From a virus (lineage: Duplodnaviria; Caudoviricetes), in the IMG/VR virus record IMGVR_UViG_3300032226_000620, positions 1 to 54,584 of that record: a DNA stretch of 54,584 nt, one strand, 5' to 3'. Shown in pieces: positions 8,823 to 18,292 of the stretch. The notes beneath the pieces were generated by a model. The model had not been told where the DNA came from and ran no database searches. It saw nothing but the letters and a program-made list of their open reading frames with translations. The position numbers and the translations under genes are program-made. Each line of letters opens with the position of its first letter. Position 1 is the stretch's first letter.

Positions 8823-9400
8823 TATTCTCTATAAAAATTAAAAGCAATAGTAATTCGAGCTTCGTCTGTGTCGTTGGTTTCAACACCATGAGGTACATAA
8901 CTTGGCCAAAGTATCAGTGTTCCTTCGGGAGGAAGATAGTGTGTGGACTCTGCTGTATACTGATTTGGTTGTTTAACTAACCCTAACCCTTGCCACATGG
9001 GATTCAATCCTGGATTCGAAAATATAATTCTTCCAGCTTTGGTGGGAACTTTAAGATAAAAACATCCAGAAAATACTCCGCCGTGTATGTGCATGTGATT
9101 CATACATTGACGAGTGTCGTGTATGTTTGCCCATGCTTCGGATAGAACAATGTTGCCATCTAGATTAATTTGTCGAGCAGCGTCGACAGCAACTAGATTA
9201 ATAAAATCAAAAAGTGATTGGAATTTTTCATTATGGTGTAGATTTTTAGGACTTTGATATCCGGCATGATTGGATTTGTATTCTCCTTCAGGGAACAAAT
9301 CTCTAAATTCATAGACCGCATCGATCATTGAATCTCGATGAAGATTAAAGTTAGGCATTTGTTCTTGCCAAAAAGGAATTGAAAATGCAGTTTTAAGCAT
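8822..9400 (-). CDS. Fe(II)/2-oxoglutarate oxygenase (TIGR02466-like)
   Basis: WAN...NHMHIH..FSGCFYL...LILWPSYVPHGV...RITIAFN. Confidence 0.85.
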   Translation of the reverse strand: MLKTAFSIPFWQEQMPNFNLHRDSMIDAVYEFRDLFPEGEYKSNHAGYQSPKNLHHNEKFQSLFDFINLVAVDAARQINLDGNIVLSEAWANIHDTRQCMNHMHIHGGVFSGCFYLKVPTKAGRIIFSNPGLNPMWQGLGLVKQPNQYTAESTHYLPPEGTLILWPSYVPHGVETNDTDEARITIAFNFYRE

Positions 9401-10067
9401 TTGTAGCTACTAGAGATTCTGACATTGGGAATATGGCAGCGATAGCTTTGGCGCAGGCAACAGCAACTTCTTGATGCTCTAACTGTGTGCCATTAGCACT
9501 TCTCAATTCAATGAAGTGAATCCATGAACGCAGTGTGCCATTCATATATAAACGACTTTCAATAAGCCCTTCCGGCAATACAGCTCGAGCTTGTTCTTTA
9601 GCAATTCCGTTGGCAATGGCCCACTCGTACTCTCGTTTGGCTGCATAGATGACTCGTTGTTGAGCTCTGTACCATTCATTTTGTAACAATTGATCATCCA
9701 CGGCAACACTGTTTTGTCTGTTCTTTGGGTCTTGCAACCGTGCTTCTCTGCATACAAACGACAGGTCTTTAGTAGGGTCAGCATATCGCTGACTGAACTC
9801 TTGGAAGCTGAAGCTTCTGTGTCGCAAGATCTGTCGGGCAATGTCTCTGGTGGTAGTGATTTCGATACAGGCTGAGACCATTTCGAGTGGGCTCCAATGT
9901 TGGTGTTTGACCAAGTATCGAATAAGTTTTTCGGAAGTATCTGTGTTGAGTTGATTGGAGGGATTGCTGACACGGGCGCAATACGCAATGAGTTCCTGTG
10001 CATCCGTGAGACCCATATCTCTAAATCCCTCTGTTGGTTGTGAATAGGATAGTAACCGAACATTCAT
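9393..10067 (-). CDS. thyX: flavin-dependent thymidylate synthase
   Basis: HWSPLE, QILRHRSFSFQEFSQRY (RHRx7S motif), ARAVLP. Confidence 0.95.
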   Translation of the reverse strand: MNVRLLSYSQPTEGFRDMGLTDAQELIAYCARVSNPSNQLNTDTSEKLIRYLVKHQHWSPLEMVSACIEITTTRDIARQILRHRSFSFQEFSQRYADPTKDLSFVCREARLQDPKNRQNSVAVDDQLLQNEWYRAQQRVIYAAKREYEWAIANGIAKEQARAVLPEGLIESRLYMNGTLRSWIHFIELRSANGTQLEHQEVAVACAKAIAAIFPMSESLVATNA

Positions 10068-10589
10068 TTATGCTTCCTTTAAAATCTTCATAATCTTCTC
10101 TTTTTCGAGAAGGTCTTTTTCCATTTCTACATACTGTCTACGAAGTTCTTTTAGTTGTTCCCAACGATCTTCGAGAGCGGGATTAGGGTGCAGTATGGCC
10201 AAGCGTTCTTCCATATTGTTCATAAACTCTTTGAGACTCTTGCCATCTACTTTGATATCAGTACCTGCGGCCATATCAATGCCATCGCCATTAATATTAA
10301 CCTTAGGGGGGTTATTCCAATTGTTGAGACCTGTACCTGTTGTAGTATAATATTGTCCACTAGTACCGGCAGTACCGATAGTATAGTGTCCACTATTAAT
10401 GCTGTTAATGGTAGTAATAGACGGTGCTGTAATTGATCCTGTCCACATAGTAGGATCTAAAGTAATGGTATCGGTGCCGTAGCCACTTATACTATAAGTT
10501 GGTTGAGCACCGTAACCACCTAGATCTATTGTATCGATTCCTTGTGCAGTAAATTCTACATCAGGATTGTCTAGATCTTTATCACTCAC
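10068..10589 (-). CDS. hypothetical protein (Thr/Gly-rich N-terminus, coiled-coil C-terminus)
   Basis: ORF track; GTG start. Confidence 0.7.
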   Translation of the reverse strand: MSDKDLDNPDVEFTAQGIDTIDLGGYGAQPTYSISGYGTDTITLDPTMWTGSITAPSITTINSINSGHYTIGTAGTSGQYYTTTGTGLNNWNNPPKVNINGDGIDMAAGTDIKVDGKSLKEFMNNMEERLAILHPNPALEDRWEQLKELRRQYVEMEKDLLEKEKIMKILKEA

Positions 10590-10591
10590 AA

Positions 10592-10783
10592 TTAAGCCTT
10601 GGCTTCTTTTCGAGCGTTCTTTTCTTCTGTGATTTCGTTGCGACGAGCTTTAACACCTTTAGCAACTTCTTGAAGTGCTTTACGAGCACGAGTTCCTGCT
10701 GCACCGTTACCGGCTGTGAACTTTGCGTCCTCAGCTAAGAATGTTTCGAAGTCTGCTTTTAGTTGTTCTACTGTTGTTGACAT
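10592..10783 (-). CDS. histone H1-like (Hc1-type) small basic protein
   Basis: KFTAGNGAAGTRARKALQEVAKGVKARR resembles the Hc1 family core GNKAAGTRARK. Confidence 0.7.
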   Translation of the reverse strand: MSTTVEQLKADFETFLAEDAKFTAGNGAAGTRARKALQEVAKGVKARRNEITEEKNARKEAKA

Positions 10784-10826
10784 AATGTTTTCCTTAAAGT
10801 TATGTTCTAATACTTATTATCGTATC

Positions 10827-10936
10827 TGGTGTGGTCGGTAGGTTTCGAACCTACAAAGGCGTTGTCTAGGACGTTGCCCCGGCGCCAGCTTCTCCTAGGA
10901 AAAAGCGGCAGGTCTGCCAATTCCACTCACGACCAC
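10827..10936 (-). tRNA. non-canonical 110-nt tRNA-like RNA with an extra arm; CUA triplets at the tips of two hairpins (possible amber-suppressor-like); identity undetermined
   Basis: Acceptor GTGGTCG/CGACCAC+ACCA, D-loop GGAATTGGCAGAC, T-arm GTAGG-TTCGAAA-CCTAC; the middle about 50 nt folds into two hairpins rather than a standard anticodon arm. Confidence 0.7.
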
Positions 10937-11038
10937 AAGTATATTATATAACCGTTTACAGTAAAAAACAAATGTTTTTTATTCAAAAGGCAGGTTGTAG
11001 AACTGATTAACGCATATATAATGTAACAAGAGAGAATT

Positions 11039-11791
11039 ATGATATCAGAGTCTACTGAGTTTGGAATTTTAGGTTATGGATATGTTGGTCGAGCTACACA
11101 TTTTGGTTTGCTCAAAAATCAACCGACTGTGGTGCATGACCCTATTATAAACACATCAAAAGAAAATCTAAAAAACTCAAAATATATTTTTATTTGTATT
11201 CCTACCCCCACACACGACGATGTGAAAATTTTAATTAATGAAATACAATCGTTAATTAATCAAAACCCCAAGACACAGATAATCATACGAAGCACTTTAC
11301 CTATTGGTACTTGTGACAGTATCGAGCAACAATTGGGAATAAAAGTGTTATACATTCCTGAATTTTTAAGAGAACGGTTTTGGGAAGAAGACTCGCTTGC
11401 TAGGCCATTGATAGTCGGACATAACAATGCGTCAATCCCTCAATGGTTATTAGATGAAGAAATTGATCAATGTTCTACCGTAGAAGCTGAGATGGTTAAA
11501 ATGTTTTCTAATAATTTTGCCGTGATGAGAATTGCATTTGCCAATCTATTTTATGATTTATCTCAACAGGTTGGTGCAGATTACGATCAAATTAAAAAAA
11601 TGTACTTCCAAGTAGCAAAAAATCAAACATATATGGAAGTACCGGGTCACGATGGTACCAGAGGGTTTGGTGGAAAATGTTTGCCCAAAGATCTTGATTT
11701 TATCATAGATTCTCTAGACTGTTATAATATCGATAATGACTGGTTTAAAAATATACGAGAACTAAACAAACAATGGCAAACAAAGTTTTAA
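11039..11791 (+). CDS. UDP-glucose/GDP-mannose dehydrogenase family protein (short form)
   Basis: GYGYVG, ICIPTP, IIRST, PEFLRE, EAEMVKMFSN, GFGGKCLPKD. Confidence 0.85.
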   Translation: MISESTEFGILGYGYVGRATHFGLLKNQPTVVHDPIINTSKENLKNSKYIFICIPTPTHDDVKILINEIQSLINQNPKTQIIIRSTLPIGTCDSIEQQLGIKVLYIPEFLRERFWEEDSLARPLIVGHNNASIPQWLLDEEIDQCSTVEAEMVKMFSNNFAVMRIAFANLFYDLSQQVGADYDQIKKMYFQVAKNQTYMEVPGHDGTRGFGGKCLPKDLDFIIDSLDCYNIDNDWFKNIRELNKQWQTKF

Positions 11792-12645
11792 TTACCGGAG
11801 CTGCCGGACTTATTGGACGAGAATTATGCAAGCAACTATCTTCAAAATTCTCAGTTACCGGTATTGATAATAATTTTAGATATCCGGACTATCGACCAGA
11901 TTGCAATTTCATACAACAAAATTTGATAGATTATTTAAAATCAGCCAAGAATGATTTTGATTATGTATTTCATATGAGTGCAATTAACGGAACCAAATAT
12001 TTTTATGAAATTCCAAATCAACTAATAGACAATAATGTGTCTTGTGATCTTGCGGTGTTTGAGTTCATGCGTAGCAATACCAATAGCAAATTAATATATG
12101 CCAGTAGTAGCGAAGTTGTAGCAGGAACTAATGAATTTCCCACTCACGAAATTAACGACATCGCTATTAATGATATACACAATCCTAGATGGAGTTATAG
12201 GTTAGGAAAAGTCTTGGGAGAAAATTATCTAATGAATAGCAATATAAATTTTTTAATCATTAGATTTTTTAATGTATTTGGTAAAGATTCCGGAAGCGGT
12301 CATTTTGTTCGAGATATATTGGACAAAATAGTCAACGATGATTATACTCTAATTGGAGCAGACGAAACACGATCATTTTGCAGGGTTGAAGACGCAGTCG
12401 ATGCAGTAATTAATATATGTGACAAGGTGTCAAAGGAAATTATTAATGTTGGAAGCGAAGAAGAAATAACTGTTTTGTCAGCAGCATCGATGATTGCTCA
12501 ATATAAAAATAAAAATGTAACATGGAATACTGTTCCCGGAAAACAAGGTAGCGTTACAAGACGAAAACCGTCGTTGGATAAACTATTAAAATATTACCCA
12601 ACGTTTAGTCCTATGTCTTTTAAGGATGCAGTTAAAGATTTATGA
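11773..12645 (+). CDS. NAD-dependent nucleotide-sugar epimerase/dehydratase (UDP-GlcA decarboxylase-like)
   Basis: ITGAAGLIG, YASSSEV, PRWSYRLGK (YxxxK), RFFNVFG, ETRSF. Confidence 0.85.
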   Translation: MANKVLITGAAGLIGRELCKQLSSKFSVTGIDNNFRYPDYRPDCNFIQQNLIDYLKSAKNDFDYVFHMSAINGTKYFYEIPNQLIDNNVSCDLAVFEFMRSNTNSKLIYASSSEVVAGTNEFPTHEINDIAINDIHNPRWSYRLGKVLGENYLMNSNINFLIIRFFNVFGKDSGSGHFVRDILDKIVNDDYTLIGADETRSFCRVEDAVDAVINICDKVSKEIINVGSEEEITVLSAASMIAQYKNKNVTWNTVPGKQGSVTRRKPSLDKLLKYYPTFSPMSFKDAVKDL

Positions 12646-13637
12646 AAAATCAATTTCAAGATATACCTTTTCAAAACATAGTTAGGTTTGGTCAACGCAC
12701 CATGTTGGACCGGCCACTGTTTTCTACCAGTTGGATACTGGGTAGATTTTGTAACTATAATTGTAGTTACTGCTGGCCGTATGCCAGATCAAATCAGATA
12801 GATCATTTAGATCTAAAAGTTTACACCAATGCCATAGACGAAATCAAACGACAAGCAAGACGAAATGGATTTACACAATTTCATTGGAGTTTCAGTGGCG
12901 GCGAACCTACTGCCTATAAACAGTTGCCTAATTTAGTTAAGCATTTAGATGAAACGGAAAGTAGTTATCAAAGTATCCATATGACTACTAACTTATCACC
13001 TGGATCAAAATGGTGGAGCACTTGGTGCGCTAATACCGCATTGTTACAACGCCGTAGTATAACAGCTAGCTTTCATGATGAGTTCGCTCAAGAACAAGAG
13101 TTTGGAGATAAATGTTTACAGTTACAGTATGAGCTAGTTCATGTAACAGTTAATCAAGTAATGGTGCCTGAAAAATTCTACGAACTATACAATAGGATGG
13201 AACGATTGCATAGTCGTGGAATCAATGTAACACTTAAACCTCAAAGTAATCCAACAGCCAGCGGCATAGTAGACGGATACACCGAAGAAATGATCTCCTT
13301 AATGCAAACAGGATTTCCTCAAAAATTACAAGGTGAAGAGATATATCAGATAGCGTTATACGATGATAATAATACTGAATATCTTTTTGATCAAGCTGAA
13401 AGATTTAATGCTTTTGGATTTAACAAATTTCAAAGTTGGAGTTGCAATAGTGGTTATCAGAGTTTAATAATACGAGGAAACGAAGTTAAACGATCTTATA
13501 GTTGCCACGATGCACCATTAGGTACTTTGACCGAAGGGTTTAGTTTGATTTGTAATCCAAGAATATGTGTTACACCGAGTTGTGTTAGTTCGGCAGATAG
13601 TAAGATACCTAAAAGAAAGATAATTTATGTTAGATAA
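12642..13637 (+). CDS. radical SAM protein with C-terminal Cys-rich (twitch/SPASM-like) domain
   Basis: CNYNCSYC, SGGEPT, C-terminal CNSG...C...CxxxxC. Confidence 0.9.
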   Translation: MKNQFQDIPFQNIVRFGQRTMLDRPLFSTSWILGRFCNYNCSYCWPYARSNQIDHLDLKVYTNAIDEIKRQARRNGFTQFHWSFSGGEPTAYKQLPNLVKHLDETESSYQSIHMTTNLSPGSKWWSTWCANTALLQRRSITASFHDEFAQEQEFGDKCLQLQYELVHVTVNQVMVPEKFYELYNRMERLHSRGINVTLKPQSNPTASGIVDGYTEEMISLMQTGFPQKLQGEEIYQIALYDDNNTEYLFDQAERFNAFGFNKFQSWSCNSGYQSLIIRGNEVKRSYSCHDAPLGTLTEGFSLICNPRICVTPSCVSSADSKIPKRKIIYVR

Positions 13638-14406
13638 GTTCTTACCTTTTAAAATAGACAATCATCTAAAGAAAAATAATTTTATACCTATTGATTCTTT
13701 TGACAGGGTAGGAGATTGGTCTGGATCAGATACCCGAGAACTCTATAGAAAAAATTTAAAAACACAGCCTCAGGATTGGTATTACAGAATCAATCCTGTA
13801 AAATATACCAATAATTCTAAAGGATATAGAACAGCAGAATTTGATAAAATAAAATGGGCAGAATCGATTGTAATATTTGGTTGCTCTAATGTATACGGAG
13901 TAGGTGTCGATGATCCTCATACACTGAGTCAACAGCTAGAAAACATTTTACAGATACCAGTTATAAATCTAGGACAAGGTGGAACATCCATAAACTTTAA
14001 TCTACATAATTCTGTAATGTTAGCTGACGGGTACCCAACACCAAAAGCGGTAATAATGGGTTGGCCAAGCTATGATAGATGTGTGTCTTACAACAGAACC
14101 GGAGTAGACAACTACGGATCTTGGAATTTTGAAAAAAATAATTATATGGATCTATGGACCAAAGACAAATACAATCCAAGAGCCAATGCAGTTATGGCCC
14201 AGAAAATTTTTCAACTGATATGGAAAAATCGAACAGCGACATATGAATACTCCTTTGATTCGGGTACCGCAGAATTGTTGGGTTTCGATAGAACCTTTGA
14301 AAAAATCAAAAACATCGACTTTGCCAGAGATCTACTTCATCCCGGACCCGATGCTATTAGAAAGACCGCGGAAATTATATCTGCTTCTTTGCAAAATAAA
14401 ATTTGA
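13627..14406 (+). CDS. SGNH/GDSL-like protein
   Basis: IFGCSNVYG, INLGQGG, RDLLHPG blocks. Confidence 0.6.
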   Translation: MLDKFLPFKIDNHLKKNNFIPIDSFDRVGDWSGSDTRELYRKNLKTQPQDWYYRINPVKYTNNSKGYRTAEFDKIKWAESIVIFGCSNVYGVGVDDPHTLSQQLENILQIPVINLGQGGTSINFNLHNSVMLADGYPTPKAVIMGWPSYDRCVSYNRTGVDNYGSWNFEKNNYMDLWTKDKYNPRANAVMAQKIFQLIWKNRTATYEYSFDSGTAELLGFDRTFEKIKNIDFARDLLHPGPDAIRKTAEIISASLQNKI

Positions 14407-15386
14407 AAATGTATAAATTAAATCAGATCCGAGATATTCACTTAGAAATTACCAGCAAGTGTCAAGCTCGTTGCCCTATGTGTCCTCGTCGAATTAATGG
14501 AGGAATAATTAATCCTTTGCTAAAATTAAATGACATAGGATTAACAACATTCAAAAATTGGTTCTCTGTTGATTTTATTCAACAATTAGATAGTTTGTTT
14601 ATGTGCGGTAATTTAGGCGATCCTATAATAGCTCAAGACTGTTTAGAAATATTTCAGTATCTCCGAGAAATAAATCCTACAATTCGATTAAGTATGCATA
14701 CCAACGGCAGTGCAAGGAATGATGAATGGTGGAAAGCATTAGCCCTTACAAAAGTTAAGGTAACATTTGGCATAGACGGACTAGACGATACCCATCACTT
14801 GTACCGAATTGGCACGGACTATTACAAGATATTACACAATGCTAAAACATTTATCGACACAGGCGGTAACGCCGAATGGCATATGCTGGTGTTTAAACAC
14901 AACGAACATCAGATAAAAGATTGCGAGAATCTTAGTATAGAATTAGGATTTAGTAAATTTACAATCAAGCATACTAGTAGATTTAAAGACGGAAAATTTA
15001 ATGTTCTTGACGAACAAGGCAAAACTATTAATATATTGTACCCTACAGAACTTAGCAAAACACTTACTTCAAAAGTAATAAACCTAGTGCCGTCTGAAAT
15101 AAAATGTAAAGCACAAAAATACAAACAATTATATATTAGTGCAGATGGCGGAGTTAGCCCCTGTTGTTGGTTAGATCTATCTTGGCAATTACCAAATCAA
15201 GATAATAGAATAAATTATATGGATACCATAGAAGCATTTCCTAATTTAAATAAAACTTCATTACAGGAAATATTCAACTCGGGGTTCTTTAACAAAATAC
15301 AAGATACCTGGATAGATAAACCATTGATAGAATGCAATAAACAATGTGGGCACTTTGATAAATTAGGAGAACAATTTGTTAATTGA
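14403..15386 (+). CDS. radical SAM/SPASM-twitch protein
   Basis: CQARCPMC, GNLGDP, HTNG, ISADGGVSPCC, CNKQC. Confidence 0.9.
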   Translation: MKMYKLNQIRDIHLEITSKCQARCPMCPRRINGGIINPLLKLNDIGLTTFKNWFSVDFIQQLDSLFMCGNLGDPIIAQDCLEIFQYLREINPTIRLSMHTNGSARNDEWWKALALTKVKVTFGIDGLDDTHHLYRIGTDYYKILHNAKTFIDTGGNAEWHMLVFKHNEHQIKDCENLSIELGFSKFTIKHTSRFKDGKFNVLDEQGKTINILYPTELSKTLTSKVINLVPSEIKCKAQKYKQLYISADGGVSPCCWLDLSWQLPNQDNRINYMDTIEAFPNLNKTSLQEIFNSGFFNKIQDTWIDKPLIECNKQCGHFDKLGEQFVN

Positions 15387-15972
15387 TACCGAACATCTAC
15401 ATCATTGGATGCAGGCGATAAGGCAAAGCCCGGACCCCATAAGAACTATGGATGCATTTTGGAGCGGCCAACTCAATAGTAAAGAATGGTTAATTACAAA
15501 CTTGCACAAGCACGTGAATAAATTTGTAACTGTAGACATCTACGGAGGTTGGGTCGGGGTATTAGCCAGCATGTTATTTCAGAGCGATGTGCCTGTGTCA
15601 AATATACGCAGTATAGATATAGATCCAATCTGTGAGCCTATTGCTACTACAATGAATAAAATTGAAGAAATGGTAGGAAGATTTAGGGCAGTTACCGCAG
15701 ATATGTGTACCATCCGTAGCGATGCAGATGTCATAATCAATACTAGTTGCGAACACATTACTCAGGATCAATATGATCAGTGGATATCCGGAATGCCATA
15801 TAACAGTCTTTTTGTTTTACAAAGCAATAATTACAATATACCCGAGCATGTTCGAATTGCTAATAGTTTAGAAGAGTTTAAAGAACAAAGCCAACTTGAA
15901 AATATTTTGTATGCCGGTGAGTTAGATTTACCTTTATACAAAAGATTTATGATTATAGGAAAACAGAAATGA
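15376..15972 (+). CDS. class I SAM-dependent methyltransferase-like protein
   Basis: DIYGGWVG, SIDID, ADM, INTSCEH. Confidence 0.65.
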   Translation: MLIDTEHLHHWMQAIRQSPDPIRTMDAFWSGQLNSKEWLITNLHKHVNKFVTVDIYGGWVGVLASMLFQSDVPVSNIRSIDIDPICEPIATTMNKIEEMVGRFRAVTADMCTIRSDADVIINTSCEHITQDQYDQWISGMPYNSLFVLQSNNYNIPEHVRIANSLEEFKEQSQLENILYAGELDLPLYKRFMIIGKQK

Positions 15973-16565
15973 TTGAGAAAAAACTCTTAGACTTCCCTCG
16001 CATCAGTGTATTTGAAGATGTAATTCCATTAGATGTATGTGATGCTATGATTACCAAATATAAAAATGCGATGAATCCTAATGCTGGTATAGAAAGTCGT
16101 GAACAAACTTATGGGCAAATAACAGAAGAAGTAGAACAGCGTAGCATTAGTTGGGATACCGATCCTGCCGATAGACAATATTTTAAATCATTGTTGGCCG
16201 AAACCGTAGGAATACCCGAGAGTCATGTAGAAGCAGGTGACATATATTTTTACGAAGTAGGTCAATATTTTGGTCTACATCATGATTATCCATACAATCC
16301 TACTGTAGTGCCGTACTACAGCAAAGGCGGCGATCGAAAGGCAACTGCTATTTTTTGGTTCAATGATGACTATCAAGGCGGTCGTTGTACATTTCCCGAA
16401 CTTGGAGTAACAGTTGAACCCAAGAAGGGAGGCATTATGTACTTTGAATACGACTATCCAGACGAATTAGTAAACAAGTCGACCATACATGAGTCTTTGC
16501 CTGTTACTCAAGGAAGAAAATGGATCGCGGCGTTCTTTATGTCCAACGGCCCTAGAATAGAATGA
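15969..16565 (+). CDS. prolyl 4-hydroxylase-like Fe(II)/2OG oxygenase
   Basis: YEVGQYFGLHHD, DRKAT, GGRCTFP, HESLPVTQGRKW. Confidence 0.85.
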   Translation: MIEKKLLDFPRISVFEDVIPLDVCDAMITKYKNAMNPNAGIESREQTYGQITEEVEQRSISWDTDPADRQYFKSLLAETVGIPESHVEAGDIYFYEVGQYFGLHHDYPYNPTVVPYYSKGGDRKATAIFWFNDDYQGGRCTFPELGVTVEPKKGGIMYFEYDYPDELVNKSTIHESLPVTQGRKWIAAFFMSNGPRIE

Positions 16566-17236
16566 ACACAGAAACCTGGACACCTTTCTTTAAATATAAC
16601 GATGATGGTGTATCGTGCCTTGCCCAGCAGACCTATGAACCTTTAATTAGTCCTGATCGAAAGATTTTTTGTGCAAACTACGATTGGCAAAACCTTTATC
16701 AAAGAAAATATGAGACTCGTGAACTATACACAGCAGATGTTTGTAGTTGGTTTTTTGAAAATGAAGTAGATCATTTATTAAAATTCCAAAACAAGTCTTA
16801 TACTCCTACTGTTCTAGACATTGATCGTAAAAATAAAAAAATATTTTTTGAATGGAACGGTTACACATTTAATGAAATGTTATTTAAAGGAGATGCTGTT
16901 GAGTGGGAGGAATCTCTAAAGTATATAATGTTAGATCTCTATGAATCAGGAACTTATAAACTTACTATGTATCCGCATTGTCATTACTTAGACAAATACG
17001 GAGTGATGAAAACCATCGATTGGTACGGGTGTGTTCCGGTAAAGTTTCCGTTTATTGAAGCAAAATACATGGATGCAATTGTACACGAAACAGCTAGATT
17101 TAGACTTGATGAAACAGAAAGAACCAATACTCATTATAATTTAGAATTGATGTACAAACAGTCTATGTGCAATCATGTTAGATGGGCAGGTAAAACACTA
17201 AGGTATATCTATGACGAAATACATTGGGACAACTAA
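16562..17236 (+). CDS. protein-kinase/phosphotransferase-like fold protein with a degenerate catalytic loop
   Basis: FENEV..L..F, P.VLDID, IFFEW, YKLTMYP...MKTIDWYG; paralog of 28671..29366. Confidence 0.45.
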   Translation: MNTETWTPFFKYNDDGVSCLAQQTYEPLISPDRKIFCANYDWQNLYQRKYETRELYTADVCSWFFENEVDHLLKFQNKSYTPTVLDIDRKNKKIFFEWNGYTFNEMLFKGDAVEWEESLKYIMLDLYESGTYKLTMYPHCHYLDKYGVMKTIDWYGCVPVKFPFIEAKYMDAIVHETARFRLDETERTNTHYNLELMYKQSMCNHVRWAGKTLRYIYDEIHWDN

Positions 17237-17786
17237 AAATTTAATCGATTGGGATTCAGTTATCAAAAAGATTATTCCTCGAACGGGCGATTATAATTCT
17301 GTTAAATCTGTAGTGGATCGTTCAGAGTCTAATTGGGCCGACGATCCTCCACTATTGGGGGCATACCACGAGATTATAGGTACCTGGCAAAAGGCCAACT
17401 ACGATCTAAATAATATCGAATGGTGGGACTACTATCCAGAACAGCACTATGATCTAGATATTCAAAATAAATTTGCTGACATAGTTAATGCAGAACCATT
17501 GCGAGTGTTTGTTAGTGAAGTTATGCCAGGTCAGTGTGTTCCGTATCATTGGGATGTAGAGGATCATGAAGAAGAGTGGCTAAAGTTAGGGCAGCTAGTA
17601 CGGTATGTTTGTTTCATAGACAAGCCTCAGTTCGGACATGTCTTTATATTAGAACAAGAATGTTTTTATAATGTTGAACAACATCTGATATATCAATGGG
17701 ACCACTATAGAAATCATCATGCAGGAACAAACTGCGGAACCGAACCTTATTATTTGTTTCACTTTTTAGGAAGGCCTAGAACATGA
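17211..17786 (+). CDS. AspH-like (Asp/Asn beta-hydroxylase) cupin oxygenase
   Basis: PGQCVPYHWD...HHAGTNCG (HxD...H triad). Confidence 0.7.
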   Translation: MTKYIGTTKNLIDWDSVIKKIIPRTGDYNSVKSVVDRSESNWADDPPLLGAYHEIIGTWQKANYDLNNIEWWDYYPEQHYDLDIQNKFADIVNAEPLRVFVSEVMPGQCVPYHWDVEDHEEEWLKLGQLVRYVCFIDKPQFGHVFILEQECFYNVEQHLIYQWDHYRNHHAGTNCGTEPYYLFHFLGRPRT

Positions 17787-18292
17787 TAACTTACGTTGAT
17801 ATCTGTCCGATTGATTGGTCACAATTAATAACTCACCTAGAAACTCAAAAACCATACATTGGTCCAAAACATAGAGCGGGAGACAATATTCCGGGATTAA
17901 AAGAAGTAACCGATATGTGGGAAAAATCAGGCTACGGATCTTCTGTGCAATGGGATATGTTTTATTCCGGTGAACACTTTGATAATAAAATTGTTGATCA
18001 GGTTGTTGAATGGACTGGCTTATCTTCATATACAAATGCTTGGGTAAGTAGAATACATCCGGGATATTTTGCGCCAGTTCATTGGGATGTACAGGACAAC
18101 GAACCATTACCGGACACTGTCAGATTTCACATACATATGAGTAAACCCCAGTTCGGACATATTTTTATTGTTGAAAATACCTGTCTGTATAATCAAGAAC
18201 AGGGGGCCACATATAAGTGGAGTGGTAGAAAACTATGGCATGCCGGTACCAACTGTGGACTAGTGCCTAAATACATTTTTAATATATGGTAA
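17783..18292 (+). CDS. AspH-like cupin oxygenase
   Basis: PGYFAPVHWD...WHAGTNCG; tandem paralog of the previous gene. Confidence 0.7.
   Translation: MITYVDICPIDWSQLITHLETQKPYIGPKHRAGDNIPGLKEVTDMWEKSGYGSSVQWDMFYSGEHFDNKIVDQVVEWTGLSSYTNAWVSRIHPGYFAPVHWDVQDNEPLPDTVRFHIHMSKPQFGHIFIVENTCLYNQEQGATYKWSGRKLWHAGTNCGLVPKYIFNIW

Noticed and set aside
10827-10936. Ordinary tRNA-Leu(TAG) or tRNA-Sec/Pyl
   Set aside because: No canonical 5-bp stem with 7-nt loop places TAG or TCA as the anticodon; the 7/5 acceptor/T geometry and length do not fit Sec or Pyl; a normal Leu(TAG) already exists at 53882
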